A stretch of 64,000 bases of DNA, from positions 190,218,001 through 190,282,000 of the forward strand of contig NC_058368.1 of NCBI RefSeq assembly GCF_018350175.1. The letters are read 5' to 3'. The stretch comes from Felis catus. Lineage: Eukaryota. Shown in pieces: positions 25,744 to 38,670 of this stretch. Made by a program: the position numbers and the translations under genes. The notes beneath the pieces are model-generated. The model was not told the DNA's origin and searched no databases. It saw only the letters and a program-made list of their open reading frames with translations. Numbering within the stretch: position 1 is the stretch's first letter; each line of letters opens with the position of its first letter.

Positions 25744-28700
25744 GAAACAACCCAAGGCCTCCTGCCTAGGATTTCCGACATGTGACCCGTCCCCAGCACC
25801 GTCTTCAGGCAGTCTTCCCTACCCAAGTCCCTCACTGTGGGTCTTCTGGGATGAGAGGCCCCAGACCAGCAGCTTCTCTCCACACAAGGGACGTGAGGTC
25901 AGAGCACAGAAGTCCATGGCCTGGGCCTCCGGAGAAGGCCTACCCTCCTCTTTGTTTACAGCAAAGAAAAAGATCCTGGCAGGGTTAGAAACCTGGCCAT
26001 GGTGCCCGCCTGCCGTTTTACTCAGCTGCTTCCTGTGTTGTCAGGGTTGAGGGGACCTTTCCGTTGATAACCCAACCAGGCAGATCCCATCCTCTTGTGG
26101 GGGGTGGGGGAGTCCTGCCACCAAGGGCGACTTCCGGATTTGTTCCCACTGCAGCCTGTGACAAGTCACCATGTGAGGGGCACCAATGTGACCTATATCC
26201 GGGGACAGGAGCCAGCTCTCAGAAGCACCTGCTAAAACTGAGAAAGAGAAGCCAGCCACACCGCATCTGCTGTGGAAACATAGAGCGAGACTTCAGGTTC
26301 GGCCACCAGATCAGAGCATGCAGACCATCAATGTGACGTTACAACTCGAATGTGGCTGGGTCTGAAGGCTCACTTAGGCCCTGGAGTCACATTTACACTC
26401 ACTCTAAAAAGGCCATTTCCCAGTGTATAAAATATGGAGGCTGGCCAGGCAGTGGCTCTCAACCATGATGTCACATGGTTGTGAAGGTTCTTGTGGGCAA
26501 CTTTTACCAGTAATGGTGTAAGTAGTGAGGTTTGCAAATAAGGTATTTTTATCATGTGTTTGGGAAGGTTCCAAGCGCTCCCATGCTATCACTGCTTGCC
26601 TATACATCTTCTCCCCTGAGAGGGAGAAAACAGGGGTAGAGTGGGGAGGGGACTGGCTGTGGGTGTGGTGTGTTGAGCACGTCAATATTGTCCATAATAT
26701 GTACTAAAAAAAAAAAAGAGCAAAACCAAAAACAAGCAGTTAGGAATCACTGGACTCTCTCAGGGCCCTTCCAACTTGAAAGAAAACGACACTGACAGCA
26801 GATGGACATGCCGTGCAAAGGGCTTCCTTGAAGACCACCGTTCCTTAACAAGCAAACCCACTCTGGCCAGGATGTATGGGGTGCCATTACCCTGCCCATG
26901 GACATTCTTGCCTTTGCTCCAACTCTCTGCACTTCCCAGCAGACTGTCCTCTTCTCTTCTCAAATCCCACCCACCCCTGACCACTGGCAAGGCCCAAGTC
27001 AAGACAGGCCTCCTCCACGAAGGTGTGACCAGCCAAACTCCACCAAACCTTCATTTCTCTGGGTTCTGACAGTGCTCACAGTCTAAGAGTCCACAGTTTC
27101 CTTCTGCATTATAAATTGCTTTATATTTCACTAATTCTTTGGATCACCAGAAATGACAGGAATAATCATCTTTTTTTAGCTTGATCCGTAGCCCTAGCAC
27201 AGATGTGGGCACATGCTAGGCATTATTTGCCTAATTAGCACTTCATGAACAACTTGTTGAAGGCACAAGCCAATGGCCCAAATGCACGTTATCTGGTAAA
27301 AAAAATTTTTTTTTCATTTAAAACATTCTGATCCAAGGCACCACATAAGTCAGCCTTATTACCATAAGAATTTGAGGAGACTTTTAAAGAAAATCCTGTC
27401 ATAGCTTCCACCTCAACTCGTAAGAGGCAGGTCTTTATTTCTCTTTCCCACAAAGGTGTAACATACTTGGAGGTTGATGGCTCACCCCTAGTTCTGATTT
27501 CTCTTCTCACCGTTCATACCTTGTCAAAAGCAGTCTTAAGGCATCACAATATAAAATCACAAACTGAATACCTTTCTCAGGTATCCCTTCCCTTAACACT
27601 GAGTTATTGAGGGCCAGCCCTGCAGATTCTTTGGTCTCAGCTGGGCCATCAGTAAAGTCAGACAATCCTCTCTTTCATCCCCCAGTTGATTTCTTATTCC
27701 ACCCACAGAGGCAGCTGTTCCAAACCTCCGAAGTCTCCTGAACTTTCCTAACCAGTCCACCACCTTTACTTTCTGCAGAGGACCTTGTCTCCTGCCTTAT
27801 TTAGAAGACAGAGACCATACAACATGGACATACTAAACATCCCTCTGTCCCATGAAGTGATTCAAGTCGGAGAACCACTGCTTCAAGATGACCTAACGAT
27901 GATGAAAACACACAATCAAAAGGCCTATTGATGAAGTCATCACTGGGTCCTTCTTGGGTATCTCTCCAGAAGGTCATGTTTACTTTCCTCTCTCCTTGCA
28001 CTAATTTCTGAGTTGCTGCATGTCTATTAAAATGCCATTCAGCCAGAATGGTCCCTGCAAGGAATTCTGCCTGAACCCAAGCTCTGCCTTCTCAAAACAA
28101 TTTCCTTCAAGAATTTGCACTCAAATGGTTTCCTCCTCTGCTGCCAGGGCCCAAGAAGTATGGCTTGAATGGTCATCTTTTGAGGCACATCGCACACAGC
28201 CCTTGGCATGATGGCCATGGCTAGGAAGCCAATATCCAAACCCAGCATCCTGGGAGGCGTCCCACACCCACTGACTGAAATCTGAAGTGTCTTTGTACAG
28301 ACAAGGCCATCCAGGGGCCTTGACAGAATGCGTGAATCACAAAGTGCCTTTCAGTTTCCCTTTGGCTCAATGTTACAGAGAGGCCACAGATTTGTCTTCT
28401 TAAATTGACACACAATATATAATTAATAAATTGTTCCTTTAGGAATCAAGGGCAGCCGTCCAAAAGAGCCACACATTCAGAAACCTCATTCTCTTCTCTG
28501 TTTCCATGGCCTTTTCTTCTAAGACTGGGATGTACAGACATTATCTCATCTGCAGGTTCCTGTGGCAACAGGTAGGTAACGAGCTGGGCAAGCTGCTTTC
28601 CTTTGCCCAATTGTTAAAGTTGGAGAGGTGGTGGTGAATTTAAAGGCACACAGCAAGTCAAGGATAAATCCTGTGTCCTAAGACCACTGCACTGCTCCGT

Positions 28701-30154
28701 CTGCCCAGGAAGTGAAGCATGCCCTTAACATTTTTGGTTGATTGCAAAATGCTAAATGCATACAGAGGGAAAGTTCCTTCCTGGCCTCTGTTTGTGTGTT
28801 GAAATGTGAGAATTACCTCCAGGTTTCTGCTCAGTGTACTCCCTCCCCTTTCTGCCTACTCATTATACCTACCTTCAGTGAGCTACTCAAGAGCACTTCT
28901 TACCTGAAGCCTTACTGATGCCCTGTCTTAACACGGGCTACCTTTTGCAGGTAAACCTGGGGCTAGGTTTCTTGGTCACAGAGCCAACTCTCCTGGGAAG
29001 AGCAAAATCCAGGAAGGTTCTGGGGGTAGCCATGGGTTGACGACACACGTGAGCTACATTCTTAATGATTATGTAATTAATACATTAAAACAACAAATAC
29101 ATAGATATAATAGCACTTAACTATGTGTGCCAGCCGCTGTACTTGGCCCTTTCATGCATCCCTCACTTAATAAGAGCATCCCATGAAGAACCAGCTCCTT
29201 CCCCACCAACGTTGGCCCCCCAGTCACTGCCCGGCGGCATGCCCCACCATCCTCCCCCACTTCTGCTACCACAGCAGGGTCCATCCTTTAGACCCTAGAC
29301 ATGGTTTTGCTCCCCCAAATGACAAGACCAAAGGCCTTTTACAAAGACTCCAATGAGGTGACTGATGTCTGGTTTCGTCAACTACAAGTGAATAATAATT
29401 AATACTTGCCACTAAAGAAATAGACTCATTGTTATGGTGGCCACACGGAGGCTACAAAAGCCCATTTTGTGAAGCTCTTGGTAGAACCCTGGGGCCAACA
29501 GCGGCCAAAAGAAACCTCTTTGAGAGTGTAGGCCAATCCTCAAATGTGGGGACCGGAGCCCTGTACTGTTTTCCAGGAGTGTCGTTTCTAATGCTAATTA
29601 GCTTGTTGCCTATTCATCACCTAATTCAGCTTGCTGGTCAATGACAGCAGCGGAGGCCCACTGAACGCCCAACAGGGAACAATTTATCAGAGGGGACAGG
29701 TAGTGTTCTCCTGGGGCCCTCTTCCAGATTTTAAATTCATGTTTACTTCCTTCTCTGGGCCAGCCTCTGATTTGATTTGAGAAAAACTCACCAACCCTAC
29801 TGGATTGGATACCCCATTCTTGGCCTAATGCCTAAAGCAAGTTTTTCCTTCAGCAGGGACTGAACAAGGCAGGCTTGGGTGGCTACAGAACTGGTCAGAA
29901 CTGGCCAGGAAATATAATAAAGAAGCTTAGTGAGCAGAGAGCTAATGCCCCCAGTCAGAGGCTCAGCATACAGAAACAGGCAGAAGCACTGGCTTTGTAA
30001 GCAACAACACGCTCTTCTTGTGGCCTACTAACTGCCCGGGCAGATGGCATCCAGGGGCAATGAGTAACTCTCTGTAGGAAAGTTTCACCTCCCCCAAGTG
30101 GATACTGAGTGCTCAACAAATACCTTCCAGTGACAGTAACCAACCCCTGACCAG

Positions 30155-30156
<2 letters not shown>

Positions 30157-30203
<47 letters not shown>
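30157..30203. repeat. (CA)n microsatellite, perfect
   Basis: Direct reading. Confidence 0.97.
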
Positions 30204-30205
<2 letters not shown>

Positions 30206-31369
30206 TCCATTATTTCTGCTCTTGAAGCAAACAGAGCTGACAACTGGTAGACACTGTCATTTCAGTGAGCTGTTCCCCAAAACTGCTACCTAGTTCCCTG
30301 TTCCCGCTTCCAGCTCAGTGCCTGAAATGCCACCTTTAGTGATATCAAATATGTTGACTTAAAGATTTGTTTTCCATTAAAATGCCTTTCGGCCCATTTC
30401 CTTTCCAGTCAAATGACTTCTAAAGGACCTGCTCTGCACTGAATGGGAAATTCTTTTGTATTTAGCTCTTAAGGATAAACATGTTCACTGGCTCCTATCT
30501 TGAAAATAATTTTTGACATAGGAGAATGGGGGAAGCACAGAGCACTGCACGGAGGTGGAGGTGGGAGGCCTTAGGGAGAGTCACAGAGGAGGTGCCTAAC
30601 TGTGCAGAAAACCACCTTCAAGGCCTTCGCAATCCTGCCCAGGGATATGGACCTAGAATTTTGCCTCCCAATATCTGTGATCTCCAAGGTTACCAGCACT
30701 GCTTCCAACAGGGCCTGTGTCCAAGAATGAGTAAGGTGAGACCCACTGCCCTAAAGGGGACACAGGTACGAGGTAGAAAACAAGAGTATGAGAGCCAGCA
30801 CTCTCCTGAGTTGCCCCTCATGCCCCGGTCTCCTAGCCCATGCCAGAAAGGCACCTGAGAGCTAGCAGGAAAAGATCCTTGCTACCTTCTTGTCCTGGCT
30901 GGAAGAGAATCCCATGGCCCATCAGCCCACAATGCTCCACCGCCGTGCTGGAGAAACTAGGCAACCAGAGGTCAAAGTCAGATTCCCTGAGCTGGGGAGG
31001 GCCTGGGCAGTCCCAGCGTCCTTTCCTGCCAGGTTCTCCTTAGTACAGAGAACCACACTCCTGTCCGATCACGTTTCCTGCCCCCACCCCCACCCCTAAA
31101 CAGAGAGCAACCCCTTCTCTTCCTTTTCACCCATCCATCGAGGGGGAGGGTGTCCTGAAAAGCAGAAACCACAACAGACAGGTAGGCACTCTTCCCAATT
31201 CTTCGGAGCTCAAGAAAATCCAACCTCCTCCCCAGGAGTCAGCCCACTCATCCCCCTTCCCCCCTGTCCTCCCCCGCTGCCTGGCAGCCAGGAGGGAGAG
31301 TGATGCTAGTGTAGGCCAGAAGGCTTCAAAGCGGGTCAGACTTGCCTCCTCCCTCGTTAAAACCCCCAC

Positions 31370-32300
31370 CTTCAAACACTGGCGCTTCGCCCCTCGCCCC
31401 ACCCATCTCACGTTCACTGCAGGGCGTCGGGTGCCCCAGGCGGCTGCCAGGCGGGCCCACGCGGCTCTCGCTTGCCCCGGAGGAGGTGATGGTGGCCGAG
31501 GCGGCAGAGGCGGCGGCCGGCGCTCTGCAATACCTGGGCTCGGGGATGTCGCCGCTGCAGGTGTCTCCGGTTCTCGGGGTTAGCGCCGCTCCTTCACCCG
31601 CCCGCGGCTCCGGCCCAGGCCGCGCACCTGCTGCTGCCGCCGCCGCGCCCGAGCTGCGTTGTGTGCCGGCGCTTTCCCGCAGGGGGATCCGCGCAACGAG
31701 GCCCAGGGTGGGCCGGAGGGGGAAGGGGGCCGCGCGGGGCCTGGAACCCGGCGTGCAGGGGCTTCGGAGGCCCCCAGGCCGCGCTAGCCGGGGCGCCGGG
31801 CCGAGCGCCCCCCTCGGGCGGGGAGAAGGGGCGCCGGCGCCTCGCGCATCCTCACGGCCGTATCGACGTCCCCCCGCAGCATCCCGGTCCCCACGCCGGC
31901 CCCAAGGCCTGCGAACGCTGCTTACCTGGGTCTGCGGCAGGTTCGGGGGAGCGGCCCAAGGCTACCGCGGGGCCCCGCGCCGGGGCGCAGGATGCTCTGC
32001 CCCGCTTAGCTCCGCTGGAGGGCCGCCGCGCTCGGCCCCGCCCTCGGCCCCGCCCCCGCGCCCGTCGCGGCTCCTCCCCCGCCCGGGGTGCCAGCCCCTT
32101 CGCCGCCGCCGCTGTCACACAAAGAGCAGGAAATGGCTGCGGCGAGGGGCGCTCGGTGCGCCCCTCAACGCGGCGGGCGCATCCCAGACCTGCACCCCGG
32201 CGCCGGCCCCAGGACAGCCAGCCGCCCTGCCCTCAGGATGGAGAAGGAAGGGAGGACTTGCCCCCAGATCCCGCGTGCCGGAGAGCCACACCTGCAGCAG
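31370..32300. promoter_or_regulatory. CYFIP2: CpG island / TATA-less promoter of CYFIP2
   Basis: Very GC- and CpG-rich against a CpG-depleted background; tandem GC boxes GGCCCCGCCC (about 32034-32055), EGR-type CGCCCCCGC at 32051-32059, ETS-like CAGGAAAT near 32127. Confidence 0.9.
31926..32035 (-). other. CYFIP2: CYFIP2 non-coding exon 1 (5' UTR); TSS position approximate
   Basis: Consensus donor CCCAG|GTAAG at 31926/31925 inside the CpG island; GGGGCAGAGCATCCTGCGCCCCGGCGCGGGGCCC resembles the recalled human CYFIP2 5' UTR. Confidence 0.8.
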
Positions 32301-33358
32301 TGGGAGGACGGAAGCTTTGGGCTCCATTGCGATCTCATCGATCTCACGTTATTTCCAAGTGCTCATTTATCTACCTAATATTTATTGAGCACCTATTTTG
32401 TTCCGAGCCTCGTGCCAGGAGCTGAGTACGCACTGGTGTACTACCCTTTTGGAGCTTGTTATCTACCTGGATAGATAGGGCATAAATTAACCTAGCTAAC
32501 GTCCAGTTACAGCTAGAAGAAGTTCTGTGAAGGAAAGAAACAGGGCAAAGTGATGGAAGATAAACCAGGGGTTTGGGGAGAGGGAACTTCCACCAGTTGA
32601 ATCTGGTCACCAGTGCTCCTCTGCTCAGGAGTATCTTCTCAGTCTCTTGGAGCCAATCCCTGAAGCTGCCATCTCTTAAGCAGGGACCTGCCTCAACTTC
32701 ATTGAGGAAGAATTGCCTAATGGACAAAAAGGAAAATACGTGGTGACAGGAAGTCACCTGGCTTTGCCAGGAAGGACCTGAGAGGACAGGCACCTTTCTC
32801 TTCAAGGCTTATCTGCCATTTAGGGCTGCCCAAAGAAACGGTCCTCACCCGAGCAGCAGTCTGGTGGGGCTTCAGATCCAACCTTGAGACCCCCTACTCA
32901 AGTCACTTCAACACTCTGTTCTTGAGAAGCCACCATATCTACAATGTGAGGGATAATAATTGCCCTTCCTACCTCACAAGGTAAACACTTGAAAGCATTT
33001 GAAACATTTTAAAATGTAAAGGATAAAGTACTGTTACAAGGGAAGCTTTCTCAAAAGTTTGTCTATGTCCCACAAATGTATACTTAATTACTCAGCGATT
33101 CCTATTAGGGGCTATTTATAGAGGAGCCACAGAGTCTCTGGCAAAGAACTTGGGAATCTACACCCTCACTGATCTCACACCATTTCTTATTTCCCAAGCA
33201 CTCAGAATTCATGATCCTTTATGGTTTGATGTTACATCACTCATTCGAATTTAAATTGCTATTTCAGAAAGGATGACTTATATATGTACACACATACATT
33301 TCTGTCCCTGTGAGAAAGCTTGTGGAGGTGTTTGTGGAGGATGGCTTTAAACACCAAA

Positions 33359-33367
33359 GTTTCTTTT

Positions 33368-33422
<55 letters not shown>

Positions 33423-33445
33423 CTTTCTTTCTTTCTCTTTCTTTT

Positions 33446-33496
<51 letters not shown>

Positions 33497-33565
33497 CCCT
33501 TTCTTTGTTTCTTTCTTTCTTTCTTTCTCCCTTTCTTTGTTTCTTTCTTTCTTCCCTTCTTTTTT
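33359..33565. repeat. Complex (TTTC)n tetranucleotide repeat
   Basis: About 200 bp almost pure pyrimidine on the plus strand. Confidence 0.97.
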
Positions 33566-33642
33566 CTGTAATTTTTCATTTTCCACTGTGATCCTTAGGA
33601 TTTTGAGTGTCAGTGATTACAAATACTTAACAAGAGAAATTG

Positions 33643-33803
33643 GGGGCACCTGGGTGGCTCAGTTGGTTAAGTGGCTGACTTTGGCTCAGGGCATGATCTC
33701 GTGGTTGGGGAGTTCGAGCCCCACATCAGACTCTGTGCTGACAGCTCAGAGGCCTGGAGCCTGCTTCGGATTCTGTCTCCCTCTTTTTCTGCCTCTCCCC
33801 TGC

Positions 33804-33846
<43 letters not shown>

Positions 33847-33883
33847 AATAAATAAACATTTTAAAAAAAGAATTAAAAAAACA
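33643..33883 (+). mobile_element. CAN-SINE
   Basis: Head, (CT)n, A tail; AACAAGAGA(A/G)ATTG flanks. Confidence 0.92.
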
Positions 33884-34812
33884 ACAAGAGAGATTGAATT
33901 TTCACTCTAAAGGGCATGTTTTGTTGGATGTCGTAGATTTCTGGAAGATGTATTTCTCCCTGTTCCTTCCTTGTCTTTTCACCTTCTAAGATCAAGTTGT
34001 TTAAAAGAAACAAAAAGACTATTAGATATATATTTGGTTGGATCCTAGGCAAGAATAATTCCCTGACCCCCTGAATTTCATTTGCTTATAAGGGGAAGCA
34101 ATATGGTCTTGTTGAAAGCATTGCGTTGGCAATCCAGAGGCTTGTCTTTTGGTCCCAGCTTTGCAAGTAAATCATCTTAGACAAGTCACTGCACTTGTTT
34201 CCCCCTCCAGACGGTGAGGTAAGGTGGATTCATTCCAAGAGCCTTCTACATGTAGAAAATCACATGAGTTAAAACAAAGGACATGCCCCTGCCATGCTTA
34301 CAGCACCTCACTAGCTTCTCATTGTCCTCAGCATGGAGCCCAAACTCCTTAGCAAGGCCCACAAAGGGTGTTCCATCTGGCGTCTGCCTCTCCAGTCTCC
34401 TCTGCTGTGAGCAAGCTCTCTTTGGTTGTAGCCAAAAGCAATCTTTTAGTTTCCCTAATCTGCTGTATTCTCGCTTGAGTCTGGCCTTTGTGCAAGCTGG
34501 GCTTTTTGCTTAGAATGATCTACCCTCCTTTCCCTCCCACTTCCGCACTTTCCCCTAGTTTGCTGCCTAACTTCTGTGCATCCCTCTGGTGTCCACTTAC
34601 CTGTCTGGTCCTTCTAGCTCCCTCCGTGTCTGGGTTAGGCTAGGGTTAGTCATCTATGCTCCCAGAGCCCCCTGGGCTTCTCTATCACACCCCTCGTCGT
34701 GCTGTGTTGTGATTGCTGACGTTGTTGCCTGCATAGCATTATTAGAGCATAAAATCTAAGAGAAGGGATGTGTCTTTCTTGCCTCTCATCACATTCTCAG
34801 AGATTCATCCTT

Positions 34813-35076
34813 TTTCTTTTTTTTTTTTATTTTTTTTAATTTTATTTATTTATTTTTTTTTTAATTTTTTTTTCAACGTTTATTTATTTGTGGGACAGAG
34901 GGAGACAGAGCATGAACGGGGGAGGGGCAGAGAGAGAGGGAGACACAGAATCAGAAGCAAGCTCCAGGCTCCGAGCCATCAGCCCAGAGCCCGACGCGGG
35001 GCTCGAACTCACGGACCGCGAGATCGTGACCTGGCTGAAGTCGGACGCTTAACCGACTGCGCCACCCAGGCGCCCC
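34813..35076 (-). mobile_element. Young felid CAN-SINE (SINEC_Fc-type)
   Basis: CpGs largely intact (GTGGCGCAGTCGGTTAAGCGTCCGACTTCAGCCAGGTCACGATCTCGCGGTCCG), long tail, TSD CAGAGATTC(A/G)TCCTT at 34798-34812 and 35077-35091. Confidence 0.94.
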
Positions 35077-35814
35077 CAGAGATTCGTCCTTAATAGGAGT
35101 TCAATAAAAATGAGTTGAATGAATAATCAAAAGTGAACTCATAGCTCATATGTTGCCAGTGACATGCGTAGCCTTCTGTCTACTACCTTCAGATATGCCT
35201 CACGTTCAATCCTGGCTGCACCCTCAGCAATGAGTGGGTTGAAGCTATCAGATGAGAATTGCATTGCCACCTGCAAGCTGGGGCCCACACAATGTGGTTC
35301 CGTGTGTGGCAACCTTGCCTTGTTTTTAGAAAAGTCTCAGGTCACTTAGGACATCTAGGTGTCCATTTAAAATTGCTTCACAGAAACCAATAGTGGGGTA
35401 TTTGGAATGGGCATAAGAATTGGTTCTGGAGACAGAAAACAGAAATACTATTTTATGTAGGAAAGGAATATGAGGTGGAGAGAAACTGTGAATAATACAA
35501 AAAAAAAGTCTTTAACTACCATGGGACTGCTACACAGAGTAGGCTCACCCACTTGGTGCTTGTAGTTAACATTTGGGTAGTTAGCAGGAAAAGAAAAACT
35601 TAATAATCAATTACGCAATTTACGTTGTCCATTAGATAAAACCTGAGCACTTGCTCAAAATTGCCTCATTTTACAGATGAAAGAACTGGGGCCCAGAAAG
35701 GGGAAGGGTTGCCCAAGGTCAGCTGGACCCAGACTCAGGTCTTTCCACAGGACACTGGGTTGCCTATTTCCTTCTTTGAATCTGGAATAGTTTGTTAAAA
35801 TAGATGTTTTATGC

Positions 35815-36053
35815 TTATTTTTTAATATTTTTTAAATTTAAATCCAAGTTAGTTAACATATAATGTAATAATTATTTCAGGAGTAGAATTTAGTGATCTA
35901 TCACTTACATATAATACCCAGTGCTCATCCCAACAAGTGTCCTCCTTAATGCCCATCGCCCATCTAGCCTGTCCCCCCACCCAACACCCCTCCAGCAACC
36001 CTCAGTTTGTTCTCTATATTTCAGAATCTCTTATGGTTTGCTTCCCTCTCTGT
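35815..36053 (-). mobile_element. Carnivore L1 3' UTR fragment
   Basis: CCCAGTGCTCATCCCAACAAGTG..CCTCCTTAATGCCCATC..CAACCCTCAGTTTGTTCTCT. Confidence 0.85.
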
Positions 36054-37503
36054 TATCTTATATTTTAAAGATATGTTTTAAACTAACATTTGTTAAATGT
36101 TTATTTGGGGCCAGCCTCTGTGCTAAGTACTATATATGGATGGGCTAATTTCATCCTCATGAAATCCTAGGAAGTAGTCCTGTTACTTTATAAATGAAAT
36201 ATTGAGGACTGTTTTGTTGCTGAAAGATTGTGACTCCATCTTGGTCCATTGGGAAACACATGTCCCCTCATCATGCTGTGTTTCTCTTACTTTGCTCACT
36301 TCTCACAACTTCTATGGAACTGGTTCCCTTGAAGGTTAGATCTTTCACACATAACTTCATAGCAAAGAACATTTCATCTTTACTTACACAAGTTCTGTTT
36401 ATAATAATTTTAGATAAGAGCTGATAAGGAGGGGCTGAGCATATTCTGAACAGGATTTGAAATGCAGCAGTATAGCCAAAGGCACAATGGGTTCAGTGCT
36501 GCTGTGTTCTCAGAAGTTTGCATAGGTGACCCTATAATCAGCCCCACAGAATGGTTGGGAACATGGAATTTGGGGACAGACAGGTCTGGCTTCAAGCCCC
36601 CATTCTGTCACTCACTAATTGTGTGACCGTGAATGGCTTCCCTAATTTACTAAGCCTTGTTCTCATCTGTAAAATTGAAACAATTGTCATTGTACCTATC
36701 CCTTGGGTTCTTAGAAGATTAAATGAAATAATAAATGTAACATGCTAAGCATAGTCATCATAAGTGGTCAAGGATGGAAGCTTATATTGTTATTATTATG
36801 GTTATTAATGTGGTTTGAATTTTGGTGTGATCTCTAGGAAGAATGTAGGACTCGGAATAAGATCTGTGTTCTAACCTCACCTTTGTTAAGTAAGTCTACA
36901 ACCTCAGGCATGCTCTCTGGATATCACTTTCCTTTTCTGTCTGGTGAGACCCTTGTACTCCTGCTTCGATCCCAAAGCTGCTGAGAGAGCAAACATTATC
37001 TTAGATGGGAAACTGCTGTGAAATATACAAAAGAGAAACACAAATGAATGTTTGCATAGTTTGTCTCAGCTTACAGACACTTGTCCTCAAAATCAATCTG
37101 AGAAAATGGAAAGGGGCCAGAAACGTCTTCATAGCTGTAGATGCATGTAGGTAGTATGGGTAGAGGTGATCCTGGATGGTGAGAAACTCACAGTCCACTC
37201 AACCTTTTCAACTGATTCTCCTGTGACCGTGGCAAGCACCTACTAACCTTGTCCTCAAGGTTCCCAGTCCTAATTTAAAAGTAATGCAAGGGAAGAAGGT
37301 GGAATAAGATATATTTTTTTGTTTTATTCGGGCTTTTCTTCCTGAAACGTTCTTCCAGATCCTCTCCCTTAGGAGCTCCTATTTACCCTTCAAGACAGCT
37401 CAAATATCACCTCCTCTGTGAAGCCCTCCTTGATCCCTGAGGGGTTTTCACTGTATTGTGACCACTGCTCCATTGGTTAGCCCACAACAACCCTTTGCAA
37501 TCA

Positions 37504-38137
37504 GAGTTGATTCTCATTATTTGGTACTTACGTTTCATAAAGTTGCCGTGGGCACCGAATGAATGAATACTGAACCGTGGCTCCTAGGGGAATAATGGGG
37601 TTAGGTTCTTGTGAGCTTCTGGTCACAATATTTTCATCAACTGATCTATACATAACCTCATGTTATGCATGTTTGTTAGAAAGCACCTTATTTAATATAC
37701 TTTGTGGATTCATTAACGTTAAAGTCACAGTCAACAGCATTAAAACTCATGACTGAATGAAACTTATCCAACACACGTATTTTCTTTGAAAGGGATGTCA
37801 CAGCCTTCTTGCTCTAGGAACACTACAAACATTTCAGCTCTTTGCTCGAGGGCCATTTTAACCAGCAAAATTACCAACAAAAAGTACACAAGTGCAAACA
37901 TGGCACTAAGCCTTGAAAAGGATACTTGTTTACTGTGTGAGAGCTGAAATGAGAAGGCAGAGCACTACCTTGTTTGACCTGGGCTGGGAATATGCAGAGG
38001 CCAACTCACATTTTTCACTGCTCTGGCATGGGCATGCCATGGATGGCTATGGAAGGACTGGTTTGGGAGTTACAAATAAATTTCAGTGAGTAGGCAAATT
38101 TGCAAGTATAGAATCTGCAAATAATAAACATCAACTG
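37504..38137. mobile_element. MER82-like Tc1/mariner-Tigger non-autonomous DNA transposon, near full length
   Basis: Imperfect terminal inverted repeats (G)AGTTGATTCTCATTATTTG / CAAATAATAAACATCAACTG; internal GAATACTGAACC..GCTCCTAGGGGAA..GGGTTAGGTTC. Confidence 0.75.
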
Positions 38138-38199
38138 TGTTTGTTTACGTGTTGGATTTTTTAGTAGCCGAAGGGCTTCTTATAGGAAGGCTGGTGTCC

Positions 38200-38670
38200 A
38201 TACTAGATATCTTCTCCTTCTCCAAATCCACTCCACTCTTTGCACCCTGCTCTTTCCCCTGGGGACTTAGCTCTATGGATGGCCTTGCTACAGTTTCCTC
38301 ATCCTCTGGCTTTCAGTTGGGTTTGGCCAACAAGTAACCCCAGCAGTGGATGGGGTAAGGGAGGAGAGTAGGGCCATTGTATTTATTCCCCTGCTTTCTC
38401 CTTGTGATGTTGCCTCGGGCTTCCTTACTAAAGGTCCTCTCCTCTCAAGGTGACCTTCTCCAGGCGACTCTCTGCTGTCACATTCAAATGACTACTCTCC
38501 CTCCTGTCTCTTCAGGCCTTAAGGTGATAACTGCTCCTTGGCTGTTATTTTCCTCTGTACTACTCTGTGGTTCTCCTAGACCTGACCCACACTGTTCTAC
38601 ATAATCCTTCTGTAAATAAGTCCTCTTTGAATTATCTTAATTTGAGTGTGAAGTGTTTGGTCTCTAACCG
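38200..38670. mobile_element. LTR33-like ERVL solo LTR
   Basis: CTCTGGCTTTCAGTTGGGTTTGGCCAA..GGAGGAGAGT..GTATTTATTCCC resembles recalled LTR33 consensus. Confidence 0.55.

Noticed and set aside
31342..32388. 348-aa plus-strand ORF (and overlapping 254-aa ORF) antisense to CYFIP2 exon 1
   Set aside because: Coincides with the CpG island, where stops are rare; low-complexity Pro/Arg/Gly/Ala sequence, non-ATG start, several frames open, no recognisable domain
33259..33591. Lys/Glu/Arg-rich and Phe/Leu/Ser-rich ORFs
   Set aside because: Translations of the (TTTC)n microsatellite
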